DNA of 32,028 nucleotides from a virus. Location of the stretch: UHGV virus genome UHGV-0196822; one strand, 5' to 3'. Positions 16,087-25,081 of this stretch are shown here, piece by piece (position 1 is the stretch's first letter; the number at the start of each line of letters is the position of its first letter). Made by a program: the position numbers and the translations under genes. Under the pieces are notes generated by a model. That model did not search any database. It was not told the DNA's origin and saw only the letters and a program-made list of their open reading frames with translations.

Positions 16087-17280
16087 TTACTCACCTCCTC
16101 CGTTTAGTTTTTTCTGATCGCCGAGACGGTCAGCGGGAATGTAGTTTTCAAGGGCCAAAAGCTCGTCCATGCCCTCATGCGGAGGAAGCCCCACCCAACT
16201 GCGCCACTCATTCCGCGTCATTGCCATGCGGTCAACCATTTCCGCACCAGCTTTGATGGTTTCCTCCAAGGAATAGTTGTAGAGGGAGCGAACATTGAAG
16301 CGGAAAAAGTAATCCGGAGATACGAGCAGCTTTCGGCTAAACTCCTGCTCCAAAATCTGTGCAATCGGCATGATACGGGAAGAAATAAAGTTGTTCCATT
16401 CATCCCGCTTGAACTCGCCAACGCCCAAAACAAAAGGCGGAACACCGAGAATGGTTGCCACCGTCGTTTTATCCAGTTTTACGAAGTCTGCCAGCGCAAG
16501 ATCGGACAGGGTAAGGGGCCGTACCTGTTCCACCGAGAATTGTTCGGCCGGAATCAGCCAAGGTTCCCCAGCTTTGTTGGATGCCGCAAATTCCTCAAGG
16601 AGCTTTGCTCGGCCCTCCGGGTTGGAAAACTCGTCTATCATAGCGTCAACCTTGACAATAAGGGACGGTTTCCATTCGCTTGCCATGAATCCCTTTTCTG
16701 TTGTCGCCGCCTGCTTTAGGTTATTTGCCACATCAGCCAGCGCAATGTTGTACCCAGTACCTTGCCATGGGTAGTAATTGCTCGGATTGATTGCAAAGTG
16801 CAGTACATCCTCCGGGTCATAGGTTTTCCCAGATATTTCGATGCTGTAATACCGTTCCCCATTCGGGACAAATGCCACAAATGCCGCCGGAATCGGGTCA
16901 AGCCGCCGAAGCAGGCCATTCCGGGTCTTTGGGAGCACCACAGCGTTCCCCCTGCCATCCAGAAGCATTGTCTTAATGATCCACTGGATAAAATTTGACC
17001 GCCCCATGTAGCTGTTTGGTTCGATATCCACTACACGAGACAGCCCGTTTTTTACCCGGATGTCTCCACCGTCAGTGTTTTGCATCAGATAGATTGTCAT
17101 GCTTCCGATTAAGTAAGCGATTCTATCAACGGCAGCACAGATTTCCGGGTTGTGTGCAAGGTCTGTATATCCGGAACAGGTCAGGTCTTTCCATCCGGTT
17201 CCATCACACAGGCATACAGCGCTCCGCGTTTGGGGCTTATCCCGAGAGCGGAAGCGCTCAAAAAAATTTGCCATGCTCAT
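16087..17280 (-). CDS. HK97-family portal protein
   Basis: [31 protein letters not shown] motifs; between TerL and protease. Confidence 0.92.
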   Translation of the reverse strand: MSMANFFERFRSRDKPQTRSAVCLCDGTGWKDLTCSGYTDLAHNPEICAAVDRIAYLIGSMTIYLMQNTDGGDIRVKNGLSRVVDIEPNSYMGRSNFIQWIIKTMLLDGRGNAVVLPKTRNGLLRRLDPIPAAFVAFVPNGERYYSIEISGKTYDPEDVLHFAINPSNYYPWQGTGYNIALADVANNLKQAATTEKGFMASEWKPSLIVKVDAMIDEFSNPEGRAKLLEEFAASNKAGEPWLIPAEQFSVEQVRPLTLSDLALADFVKLDKTTVATILGVPPFVLGVGEFKRDEWNNFISSRIMPIAQILEQEFSRKLLVSPDYFFRFNVRSLYNYSLEETIKAGAEMVDRMAMTRNEWRSWVGLPPHEGMDELLALENYIPADRLGDQKKLNGGGE

Positions 17281-19043
17281 TTATCACCCCACCATTTCTT
17301 TCCTGCTTTAGATTTATCCAAAGCCTCCAAATACCGCACTGTGGCGAATACAGAGGCGTCGAACACATCAATTCGATTTGTCGGTCTTACCTTTTCGTAC
17401 TGGATCATGTCGTCAGTCTTTTCGATGGCCGAGACATTCCCAACGCAATACTCGTAGGCTTCGGAATGCATATAGTACAGCGTCCCATTTTTGGCGCTCT
17501 GTTCAATATGCCGGAAGCCCTCGGATTTTTTGTAAAAAAACTGCGGCTGATCGATAATGTTAAAGCCTGCCGTTTTCATGCCAATGAAATACTCTCGGCA
17601 GAATTTTCGATCATGCCCAACCTGTCGGATTTTGAATCCCTGCTTGCGCATGGATATAAACCAGTTGACAACATCGGCGTGGTTTACGGTCGGACTGTTA
17701 CACATGGTTAAAAGACCATCATCAGCCCAGCCAAAAAGCGGTATGCCGTCCTCGTCCGCTTTAACATGGGCCTGCACCACCGGGAACCAAGCGTGACTGA
17801 TGATAATATCCACACCTTTGTAATTTCCAAAAAGCGCAGCCGCCGTTAGGTCGTGCATCTTTGATAGGTCTGCACCGCCGTACCAGTCTATGGGGAGCTT
17901 GGAAAGCTCGTCCAGCGTCCAGTTGTATTTTTCGTCGCTTCTCCGGAATTCATCGAGGTTGAAATAGGACTTGATAGCCCCTGTATAGACATTGAGAGAC
18001 TTTGCAAAGAAGTCTTTCCGCTGCTGCGGATCATTCTGCGCCTGCAAGCTGTCGTTTAGGATTTCCTCCGGTCGGATGGATACCCCATAGGCCGGGTTTG
18101 CCATCTCGTGTACCAAAGGATTTGTATAGTCGATGTTGCCCTCCTCATCCGGATTGGCGCAGCACATGAAGATAAAATATTGTTCGTCCTTGATGGTGCC
18201 ATCCAATACCTTGCGGCAGTATTGCAGCCGCTGCCCAAGGAAGCCCTGTTCGTTATCGCCAGCCGTGGAAATACCTATCAGCAGCTTGTTGGTGTAGGCT
18301 TTCATGGCTTCCTTAAAAAGGTTGTACTGCTTAGGCTTGGTAAAAGCGTGGATTTCATCGCAGATCGCAATATTGCAGTTAAGAGAATCCTGCGCATCCG
18401 GGTTTGCAGCCAGAGCGCGGATAAAAAACGAGCCGTCTGGAAGCTCTGCCTCCATTGAGTGCTCGTTGTTGTTGTCAATGATCTTTACTCCGCCGCCATG
18501 CTTCTCGTCCTCGCCCATAAGCCGGATGTTATAATCCAGAAAATTAAAGCTTTCAAGGGACTGCATCAGAGCCGCGGCCGATATGTAGGTTTTGGAACCG
18601 CTGCGCCGGTACCACAGGGACAGCGCCCAAGCAAGGGAAGCGGCAAAGCTCGTTTTAATGTTTTTCCGAGGTATAAAAATAAGGGCCTCGTGAAACCTCA
18701 CCACATCAGTGCCTTTCAGCTTAAACCCTAAAAGATTGTAAATGATAAATTTGTGAAACGGCTCCAGCAGGAATGGCTTTCCCCGGAGCGGTGTACCGTC
18801 CAGCTTTTCCCCCTGCTGGTGGCAGAGGGTCTTTTCGATGATCTGAATACAGAACTCCGGCCCTTTTGGCGCAAAATCGTACTCGTCATTATCAAGGTCA
18901 GTAAAGAAACGGTCAACAGCCTGCCGCAATTCCTTGCAAGCGACCTTTCTCCCGTCTCTGATACTTTCGGCATACTCAAGGACTACGGGCCAGTTCTTAC
19001 CCTTAATCTGTCTCAAGGCTGGCAAGAGCAGCGGCAAGGCCAC
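17277..19043 (-). CDS. terL: Terminase large subunit (exact start uncertain, near 19000-19043)
   Basis: Walker A-like IPRKNIKT, Walker B ICDEIH, ISTAG, GADLS..DLTA, RIDVFDA. Confidence 0.95.
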   Translation of the reverse strand: MALPLLLPALRQIKGKNWPVVLEYAESIRDGRKVACKELRQAVDRFFTDLDNDEYDFAPKGPEFCIQIIEKTLCHQQGEKLDGTPLRGKPFLLEPFHKFIIYNLLGFKLKGTDVVRFHEALIFIPRKNIKTSFAASLAWALSLWYRRSGSKTYISAAALMQSLESFNFLDYNIRLMGEDEKHGGGVKIIDNNNEHSMEAELPDGSFFIRALAANPDAQDSLNCNIAICDEIHAFTKPKQYNLFKEAMKAYTNKLLIGISTAGDNEQGFLGQRLQYCRKVLDGTIKDEQYFIFMCCANPDEEGNIDYTNPLVHEMANPAYGVSIRPEEILNDSLQAQNDPQQRKDFFAKSLNVYTGAIKSYFNLDEFRRSDEKYNWTLDELSKLPIDWYGGADLSKMHDLTAAALFGNYKGVDIIISHAWFPVVQAHVKADEDGIPLFGWADDGLLTMCNSPTVNHADVVNWFISMRKQGFKIRQVGHDRKFCREYFIGMKTAGFNIIDQPQFFYKKSEGFRHIEQSAKNGTLYYMHSEAYEYCVGNVSAIEKTDDMIQYEKVRPTNRIDVFDASVFATVRYLEALDKSKAGKKWWGDK

Positions 19044-19368
19044 CCTTTTCCTCCTTTTCCTTCACTCCGCCGGTCATTTTGCGGAAACTCGATGGAGTAA
19101 GCCCCAATTCGCGCCAGTATGCCAGTGCGCTCTTGTTGAGGTCGTCCCACAGAATCAACAGAGGGTTTTTTACCATATTTGTGGCGTTCCCTTTGTTGGT
19201 ATATTCGATGACGGACTTACCGCCGGACTTTTTGAACTCGGCCTTGGTCTTATCCCGCTGTTCCAGTATCTCTGCAAGCGTTTCTACCGCAGATTGATAA
19301 GATGGGTCGGCCGTACCGAGTTTTTCCATCTGTTTTTCGATAGTTTCAACCCATTTTTCCTTTGTCAT
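19003..19368 (-). CDS. terS: Terminase small subunit (P27 family)
   Basis: [25 protein letters not shown] at 19368 behind aagggg. Confidence 0.9.
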   Translation of the reverse strand: MTKEKWVETIEKQMEKLGTADPSYQSAVETLAEILEQRDKTKAEFKKSGGKSVIEYTNKGNATNMVKNPLLILWDDLNKSALAYWRELGLTPSSFRKMTGGVKEKEEKGGLAAALASLETD

Positions 19369-19464
19369 GGCTTCCCCTTTCTCAAAAATATACCGTAGAG
19401 TTGGAAAAAGTTCCCCCCGCCGGTCCCCATAGAGAGGCGGAAGGCGCAACGGATAGGGGGGGTA
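19369..19464. other. Putative cos / packaging site
   Basis: Non-coding gap between HNH and TerS with C7 and G6 runs; the usual location of 3'-cos ends in HK97-type phages (inference). Confidence 0.5.
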
Positions 19465-19719
19465 TCAGTAACGGCCCCTTGCTGCTGTTGCTTTTTCCGG
19501 GTGCTGCTTGTTATGGCAGCCCTCACACAGGCTTACTAAATTTTTATCTTCGTAAGCCAGCTCCGGGTACTCATCTGCGTGTTTGATATGATGCACCGTT
19601 GTAGCCTGTACCGCCTTTCCGTACCTCTTGCAGTGCTGGCACATATATCCGTCACGCCTTAATATCTGTTGGCGCTTCCTCCGCCACCTGGGAGAATTAT
19701 AATCAAATACAGTGTTCAT
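19465..19719 (-). CDS. HNH endonuclease (terminase-associated, gp74-like)
   Basis: RDGYMCQHC..ATTVHHI..NLVSLCEGCHN..H. Confidence 0.92.
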   Translation of the reverse strand: MNTVFDYNSPRWRRKRQQILRRDGYMCQHCKRYGKAVQATTVHHIKHADEYPELAYEDKNLVSLCEGCHNKQHPEKATAARGRY

Positions 19720-19784
19720 TACCCGCCCTTACCCTCCCGGTGTCTACTATGCCGGGCGTCCTTTTTCGTTGATGACTTATGCGC

Positions 19785-20432
19785 TCAAGCAGACAAACGC
19801 TTTGTGTTCGTCTGCATAATGAACTCTTTTACTTGGTCATATCCCCAGCCGCAATCTACAAGTCCGCTTACAAGGCGTTCCATAGACTGAATCGCGGTCA
19901 GTTCCTCGGCAGAGAAACAGTCGCGCAGCTCTGCCTTTGGGGCAATGCCGTATTCCTCCCGCATTTGCTTTGCGTTCTTGCCGAACAGTGCCTTATAGAT
20001 GCAGTTGGTGTAGACGGAATATGCGTGTCCATGCATACGCTCGTCCTCGTTCGATTGTTGAATTGCCTTTGTCAGTGCCTGACGAACGGCAACCCCCTTT
20101 TCTCGCTCGATCGCCTTGCCGCGAACGACTTTCTCCATCGCGTTGAACTGCTTGATGTACGCCTCTTTGAAGCGCATGGCTTTTTCCCCGGTATAGCCCA
20201 TGACAAGGAGCACAAAGCCGTCTCTTGTCATCACCTTCGCTTTTTGTGTGCGCCCTCTGGTATCGGTGTAAGTAATATCGCCATAGTTGGCGGTATTAAA
20301 TTCATCGCTGCACCCTATCTCCGCAATATCTCGCATCACTTTATCATGCGCCTTGCCAAATGTCTCTGCCACATCTAGGCTCGTTACCGCGGGGATTTCT
20401 TCTTTCCCCATCTTCATCAGTTCTACCAGCAT
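19785..20432 (-). CDS. Rha-family phage regulatory protein
   Basis: TSLDVAETFGKAH.KVMRDI..MTRDGFVLLVMGYTGEKAMRFKEAYI..FNAME. Confidence 0.9.
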   Translation of the reverse strand: MLVELMKMGKEEIPAVTSLDVAETFGKAHDKVMRDIAEIGCSDEFNTANYGDITYTDTRGRTQKAKVMTRDGFVLLVMGYTGEKAMRFKEAYIKQFNAMEKVVRGKAIEREKGVAVRQALTKAIQQSNEDERMHGHAYSVYTNCIYKALFGKNAKQMREEYGIAPKAELRDCFSAEELTAIQSMERLVSGLVDCGWGYDQVKEFIMQTNTKRLSA

Positions 20433-20480
20433 AATATCAATCCTTTCTCGTTGATTTTATTGCCTGCGGTTTCCCGCCAC

Positions 20481-21272
20481 TTACCATACGGTCACTAGCT
20501 GTTTCTTGCCGTCCTTTGTTCCGCGCAGCATCAATGTCTGCGGTTGGTCTGCATCGCTCTCGCTGCTGGGCAGCAGCATCTTCCGGGCTGCGTAGCCTCC
20601 GTACTGCTGCCATGCAGTACAGCTAACCACTACCAGCTGCTTGGTACGGATAACATTGTTGTTACTGTCCACCACGATCTTTTTGGGCTTACTGATGGTG
20701 CCTTTGTGGGTGTGGCCAACAATCAGAGCGTCAATGCCCTCTATGGTGTAGCCGAAGCGCTCATTGCGGTTTACCGTTGCACCGGTGTAAATGCCGCCGC
20801 CGGAGCCATGGGTAACAGCCATCGTATAGCTGGTGATAGGGATATCTCTTGTTACCCTGCGCCCAATCTCCAGTTTGAGGAATGCTATATCCTCGGCGTA
20901 GTAGTCCTCCATGTCCAGCTTGCACATGATATCGCCCATAATGTCTTGGTCGGTGTCCTTGGCCGTCCTCGCTTCGTGGTTACCGGATACCGCGCAGAGT
21001 ATCTTATCCTTGATGGGCGTTAGCATTTCCACCATCATCTTTTTCTGCTCCCGCGGGCGGATATAATCCTCAAAGGGGCTTCCCACCGCGTTCCGGGTAT
21101 TGTTGTTGATGAGATCGCCGCCAAGGATGAGATAAGCGTCCTCCCGCTCTACCCGGCGGCAGAATGCTTGCCAGCCATCTTTATCATGTAGGATGCTGCC
21201 CAAATGCACATCAGATACCGGATATACCTTGATGGTGTCGCTCTGCGGGATTTTACGGACTATTAAATCCAG
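20481..21272 (-). CDS. Calcineurin-like metallophosphoesterase (probable CTG start)
   Basis: SDVHLG, GDL, GNHE, THG and GHTH motifs. AAGGAGG lies 8 nt before in-frame CTG at 21272; the ORF-track extension to 21470 overlaps structured RNA. Confidence 0.85.
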   Translation of the reverse strand: MDLIVRKIPQSDTIKVYPVSDVHLGSILHDKDGWQAFCRRVEREDAYLILGGDLINNNTRNAVGSPFEDYIRPREQKKMMVEMLTPIKDKILCAVSGNHEARTAKDTDQDIMGDIMCKLDMEDYYAEDIAFLKLEIGRRVTRDIPITSYTMAVTHGSGGGIYTGATVNRNERFGYTIEGIDALIVGHTHKGTISKPKKIVVDSNNNVIRTKQLVVVSCTAWQQYGGYAARKMLLPSSESDADQPQTLMLRGTKDGKKQLVTVW

Positions 21273-21294
21273 AGGTATCCCCTCCTTTATGGCA

Positions 21295-21462
21295 TAAAGA
21301 AAGAGAGCGCCTTTCGGTACTCTCTGACTGCTTTTGGTAAGGCAGACTATTGCGAACTTGCGGCCTGCCAGCGCGGCACCTTTTTTACGAAGGTCATGTA
21401 TCTTCGGCCGGTGGGATAACGGGGCATCGGCGACCCCGTAAAAAGGAGGTAAAACATGAAGG
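21295..21462 (-). ncRNA. Putative structured non-coding RNA 3' of the tRNA
   Basis: Consecutive hairpins acgggg..ccccgt, cgaag..cttcg, ggcaggc..gtctgcc, and agagagt..ccGAAAgg..gctctct plus T-rich tail. Confidence 0.4.
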
Positions 21463-21537
21463 TGGAGCACCCGATAGGGCTTGAACCTATAACCCGCTGC
21501 TTACAAGGCAGCCGCTCTACCATTGAGCTACGGGAGC
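21463..21537 (-). tRNA. tRNA-Thr(UGU)
   Basis: GCTCCCG TA GCTCAATGGTAGAGC G GCTGC CT-TGT-AA GCAGC GGGTT ATAGG TTCAAGC CCTAT CGGGTGC T CCA; full cloverleaf with encoded CCA and one U3:U70 mismatch. Confidence 0.92.
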
Positions 21538-21600
21538 AGATTGCCGGGATTAGGGGCCCGGCTCCCCACCAGGAGGAATGTCAAGGGAAGTCTTATTTTA

Positions 21601-22323
21601 TCAGAGCGATTGGCGGAGGTATTTACTCTCCTTTAGCGTAAGCCCTTTGTGCAGACTGCGTTCTTTTTGCTGCTGGGCTTTAAGCTGCTTAACCGCTTCT
21701 GGTAAAAGCTCTATCTTTTGGTGTATGTACTTTGTGGGGATGTGGATTATTTCCCACTCATCTCCAAGGGCAGCTCTTAAGTTAGAATCTCTCGCGAACT
21801 CCGCCCCCTTGTCGGTGTGGTACAACTCTCCATCAATCTCCAGCACAACCTTTAAGCTTGGGATGTAGAAATCTACCGTATTTTTTCCGATTTTCTTTTG
21901 CATGACCGTTTTTAACTCATTTTCTACGAGTATTATTGCAACGGCCACCTCATCAGCGCTACCAAATTCTTTTGCGTCCTGCCACTTATCCGTATAAAGT
22001 ATGGCATTATTTTTCTCTATAAACTCAGCGATTACATCACAAGCCTCTTTGTACTCGTACATATCGACTTTTTGCTTTTCAATGATCGCAAGCCCTCTCT
22101 CGTACATAGCGATGTTCTTTAACTCTCTTTGCTTCCGAATGTTTTCCAGGTCTTGGACCTCTTTTTTTACCCTGCATTCTTCGCAATAGCAACGATGTTT
22201 TGGGGGAGAAAATATTCTCTCTATATCATCCATCGTATAATCTTCACTATCGAGGAGTTTCTGATCTTTTTCAGATATTGGAGCGGTAATTTCTTTTCCG
22301 CATATCCAGCAAATGGTTTCCAT
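21601..22323 (-). CDS. DUF559 / Vsr-like PD-(D/E)xK endonuclease with N-terminal Cys cluster
   Basis: VDFYIPSLKVVLEIDGELYH..RDSNLR..WEIIHI; CWIC..CYCEEC; aaggagg RBS. Confidence 0.8.
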   Translation of the reverse strand: METICWICGKEITAPISEKDQKLLDSEDYTMDDIERIFSPPKHRCYCEECRVKKEVQDLENIRKQRELKNIAMYERGLAIIEKQKVDMYEYKEACDVIAEFIEKNNAILYTDKWQDAKEFGSADEVAVAIILVENELKTVMQKKIGKNTVDFYIPSLKVVLEIDGELYHTDKGAEFARDSNLRAALGDEWEIIHIPTKYIHQKIELLPEAVKQLKAQQQKERSLHKGLTLKESKYLRQSL

Positions 22324-22354
22324 TCAGGCCTCCTTTGCCTTATGGGCTTCGCCC

Positions 22355-22406
22355 ATTATATATTATGGACTATCGGGCGTTCTTATTTCTGCCATGTTTC
22401 TGCCAT
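22355..22406 (-). promoter_or_regulatory. Late promoter with tandem activator-binding repeat
   Basis: ATGGCAGAAA twice (11-bp period, 22386-22406) right after the ArpU-like stop, then TATAAT (22355-22360) without a consensus -35. Confidence 0.65.
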
Positions 22407-22408
22407 CT

Positions 22409-22849
22409 TTACAGCTCCGTCAACCCATACCGGCAAAGGGCATATTTCATCAGCGCTTCGTCCTTATCCCGGTACACCTCTCGTTCACTCTCATTGAACT
22501 CCTGGCAAAGTCTCTGTATGTAGCCATATTCCCGGCGGATGTAGAACAACTCAAGGATGCGCCGCTGCTTTCCCGTCAGGCAGGCCAGTCCTTTCTCCAC
22601 TTGGGAAGTCTGCCACTTGACTACCGCAAGGTTTGCCGAGAGCGCATCTCGGCGGGAGATTGCGTTAATCAAATGATCTTCCCGGCCGCAGCCACCGCCC
22701 TTTACCGGTGTAGCATCGCTGGTAGCGGACCGGATGCCGTCCATCTGCTCATTGTAGCGGCGGATTTCTTCCGGCAGGCTTTCCAACGACCGGAGCTTAT
22801 AGCTATGGCACTTCAGCTCGTCAATGCAGATGCGCTTGTAGTCAATCAT
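22409..22849 (-). CDS. ArpU/RinA-family late transcriptional activator
   Basis: LACLTGKQRRILELFYI..LCQEFNESEREVYRDKDEAL sigma4-like HTH; last early gene. Confidence 0.82.
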   Translation of the reverse strand: MIDYKRICIDELKCHSYKLRSLESLPEEIRRYNEQMDGIRSATSDATPVKGGGCGREDHLINAISRRDALSANLAVVKWQTSQVEKGLACLTGKQRRILELFYIRREYGYIQRLCQEFNESEREVYRDKDEALMKYALCRYGLTEL

Positions 22850-23148
22850 GTTTCTCCCTCCTCCGGCGGTTCATTTTCCGCCCGCCTTTTTCCGTATGCG
22901 CAGTAGAAGTTCGGCGGCACTTCGCAATCAACGCAAACGCCGTGGGAACAGCACAGATAGCTTATTTCATCGTAGCTGTATTCGCAGTCTTTGCATCTGA
23001 CCACCGGCACCGCATCAACAGATTCCTCCGCCAGCATCTTCATCCACTCACAGTCGGCAGGCTCACAGTCCATTCCCGGATACATTCTGTCGCAGATACT
23101 ACAGATAATATCCACTGCAGTTTCATTTTTTATGTATGGCTTAATCAT
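22846..23148 (-). CDS. Cys-rich hypothetical phage protein
   Basis: VDAVPVVRCKDC..FYCAYGKR module; ggagg RBS. Confidence 0.7.
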   Translation of the reverse strand: MIKPYIKNETAVDIICSICDRMYPGMDCEPADCEWMKMLAEESVDAVPVVRCKDCEYSYDEISYLCCSHGVCVDCEVPPNFYCAYGKRRAENEPPEEGET

Positions 23149-23785
23149 AGACAGCCTCCTTTTCGTCCATCTTTGCGCCGCAGTTGGGGCAGTAGTTGTA
23201 AGCGCCGTCAATAGACGGGTCAAGAGACCACCACCTACAAAACGGGCACCTAAACTGACCGAGCGTGTTAAGCGTTTGCGGGATGTATTCCCACCGTCCA
23301 TGCACCACCGGGGCAACATCAGCGGGCTGGAAACACTCTACCTCATCGAGCATATCGTCAACCCAACAGGCACGACACCAGCATCCGTTGTGGTCTTTCT
23401 TCTCCGCCTTGCACGGCTTGCAATAACGCTCCTCGACGCTTTTCTTAAACGCTTCCCTGTCTATGTATCCAGCATCAAAACTCTTGCACATTCTGTTGCG
23501 TTCCTTAATAAACTCCGCAGCATCCATGTTATCCCTCCATCTGCACCCGTCACAGGCGCCCTCGTGTGCTTTTTTGGACTTCCCGCAGTATTGGCATAGC
23601 TCGTTGAAAAGGACTTTCCGGTCTGTCGCCAGCTTCTCGATCAGGTCAGCGGCTTCCCCAGAAACCACACCAGCGCATTTATAACGCGCCGGGCTTTCAA
23701 ACGAAGGGCACTCCTTTGGGCACGCCCCGGTTTCTATTGCATCACAATGGCACCGCAGCGCGGTCACAATCTCGTCTCTTGTCAT
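23141..23785 (-). CDS. Cys-rich mosaic hypothetical protein
   Basis: MTRDEIVTALRC.., YIDRE..PADVAPVVHGRW..C..C..NYCPNCGAKMD modules. Confidence 0.7.
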   Translation of the reverse strand: MTRDEIVTALRCHCDAIETGACPKECPSFESPARYKCAGVVSGEAADLIEKLATDRKVLFNELCQYCGKSKKAHEGACDGCRWRDNMDAAEFIKERNRMCKSFDAGYIDREAFKKSVEERYCKPCKAEKKDHNGCWCRACWVDDMLDEVECFQPADVAPVVHGRWEYIPQTLNTLGQFRCPFCRWWSLDPSIDGAYNYCPNCGAKMDEKEAVYD

Positions 23786-24456
23786 GTCGTTTCCCCTCTC
23801 TTATCTCCGCCCCATTGCTCCGCCATAGCTTTGGCGATGCCGGGAAAGGTCTTTGCGCGGTTTTTGGCCCTATCCGTGGTAAACATACCTTTATGCTGTT
23901 CCCCATGCTTATGACTATAGCTGCCGCTTGGGCACCATGTTGCTGTCGGCTCAACAATATTGGTCGGCTCCAACGGCTGGACACCACGCTCCCACAGCAA
24001 GGTTTTTTTGCTAAACGGGTGCCCGTATTGATAGGGCTGTATGGCTTGGCTTGGCTCTGGATACTCAAAGACTTTACTCGGCGTCGGATTCTCAATCACA
24101 ACTTTTTCACAATCCGCTGCCAAAATAGCTAAAAACAGCGCTTTGCCGCACAAGCCCTCATAATACCTCTTGATATTGAGCTTGCCGCCCCTATACAAGT
24201 GCCGCGCTCCGGCGTTGCTGGTTTTGGTGCAGGGCGGGAAAGCAATAATCATATCCCACCGCCCCACATCATGCGTCTGCCCGTCCATTGTGGTAACTTG
24301 CCCCCCCTCGATTACCTTTAACACATCGCCTAAAATGTGCCACTCCGGATGTCCTCCAGACGGCTCCTGTATGTCGCAGGAATATGCTTCATGCCCCAGC
24401 GCACGAAACGCAATACATACCACTTGGCTTTCCTCACACGCACATAAAACTTTCAT
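23782..24456 (-). CDS. DNA cytosine-5 methyltransferase-like protein
   Basis: MKVLCACEES..SCDI, D(M)IIAFPPCT (PC motif IV), IENP (motif VI); ATG at 24456. Confidence 0.72.
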   Translation of the reverse strand: MKVLCACEESQVVCIAFRALGHEAYSCDIQEPSGGHPEWHILGDVLKVIEGGQVTTMDGQTHDVGRWDMIIAFPPCTKTSNAGARHLYRGGKLNIKRYYEGLCGKALFLAILAADCEKVVIENPTPSKVFEYPEPSQAIQPYQYGHPFSKKTLLWERGVQPLEPTNIVEPTATWCPSGSYSHKHGEQHKGMFTTDRAKNRAKTFPGIAKAMAEQWGGDKRGETT

Positions 24457-24457
24457 C

Positions 24458-24706
24458 TCAACCTCCAAACACCACGCCTTTACCGCAGGAAAAATGCGGC
24501 TTGACAGCCCCGGAGATGTTACATTTGGAACACTCTCCATAACAATCTGAAAACATAAGATACTGACATTGCCAACATTCTATTTTATTTTCGTCCATTT
24601 CCTCGTACCGGCACACGCCCGGATGGTTTACTACGGGGCAAAAATCTGCAACCGCCGGGCAATCGCCGTTTACACAGACTTCATCTTTCAGCCATTTACA
24701 CATCAT
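24458..24706 (-). CDS. Small Cys-rich hypothetical protein
   Basis: ggaggt RBS; overlap-coupled. Confidence 0.6.
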   Translation of the reverse strand: MMCKWLKDEVCVNGDCPAVADFCPVVNHPGVCRYEEMDENKIECWQCQYLMFSDCYGECSKCNISGAVKPHFSCGKGVVFGG

Positions 24707-24864
24707 CCCACCTCCAGTGCCATCAGCAAATCCTTGTAGTCCAGCAGAAGAGCCCATATCTGTTCCGCATCTTCATGGTCGAGGGTGACTGCCCCCTCTG
24801 CGTCAACGGCAGCAGCCAGCCGGTCTATGTCCCGGATTACTTCGTAGTAGTCCTTTACGGTCAT
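24703..24864 (-). CDS. Small hypothetical protein
   Basis: MTVKDYYEVIRDID.. with ggaggg RBS. Confidence 0.6.
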   Translation of the reverse strand: MTVKDYYEVIRDIDRLAAAVDAEGAVTLDHEDAEQIWALLLDYKDLLMALEVG

Positions 24865-24868
24865 TGGC

Positions 24869-25081
24869 TCACCCTCCAAAATTCTCAAGATAATATTGCT
24901 TGCAGTCCTGCCAGCCTTTGTAGTAGGCTGCCTGCTCACGGCGTTCCTGTTCCTCTGCGGTCATCTCCGCCTGGGCCACTTCATCCACATGATTCCACCT
25001 TTCGCCCGAAATAGCCGATAGAACCATTATGCAGATAACAACTAAAATTATCGTAACTGCCGCTGCCGTCCAGTTCCTCAT
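24869..25081 (-). CDS. Small membrane protein
   Basis: N-terminal TM; ATGA overlap with upstream gene. Confidence 0.65.
   Translation of the reverse strand: MRNWTAAAVTIILVVICIMVLSAISGERWNHVDEVAQAEMTAEEQERREQAAYYKGWQDCKQYYLENFGG

Noticed and set aside
21360..21462. Theta/HDV-like ribozyme at the tRNA 3' trailer
   Set aside because: The trailer starts with CC rather than a G-initiated P1, and I could not build the nested double pseudoknot; no hammerhead CUGANGA core either. A covariance search would be decisive.
21456..21641. + strand 61-aa ORF with strong RBS (MKVEHPIG...)
   Set aside because: Runs antisense through the whole tRNA and no promoter is evident; treated as the complement of an anti-SD element, though translation is not excluded.
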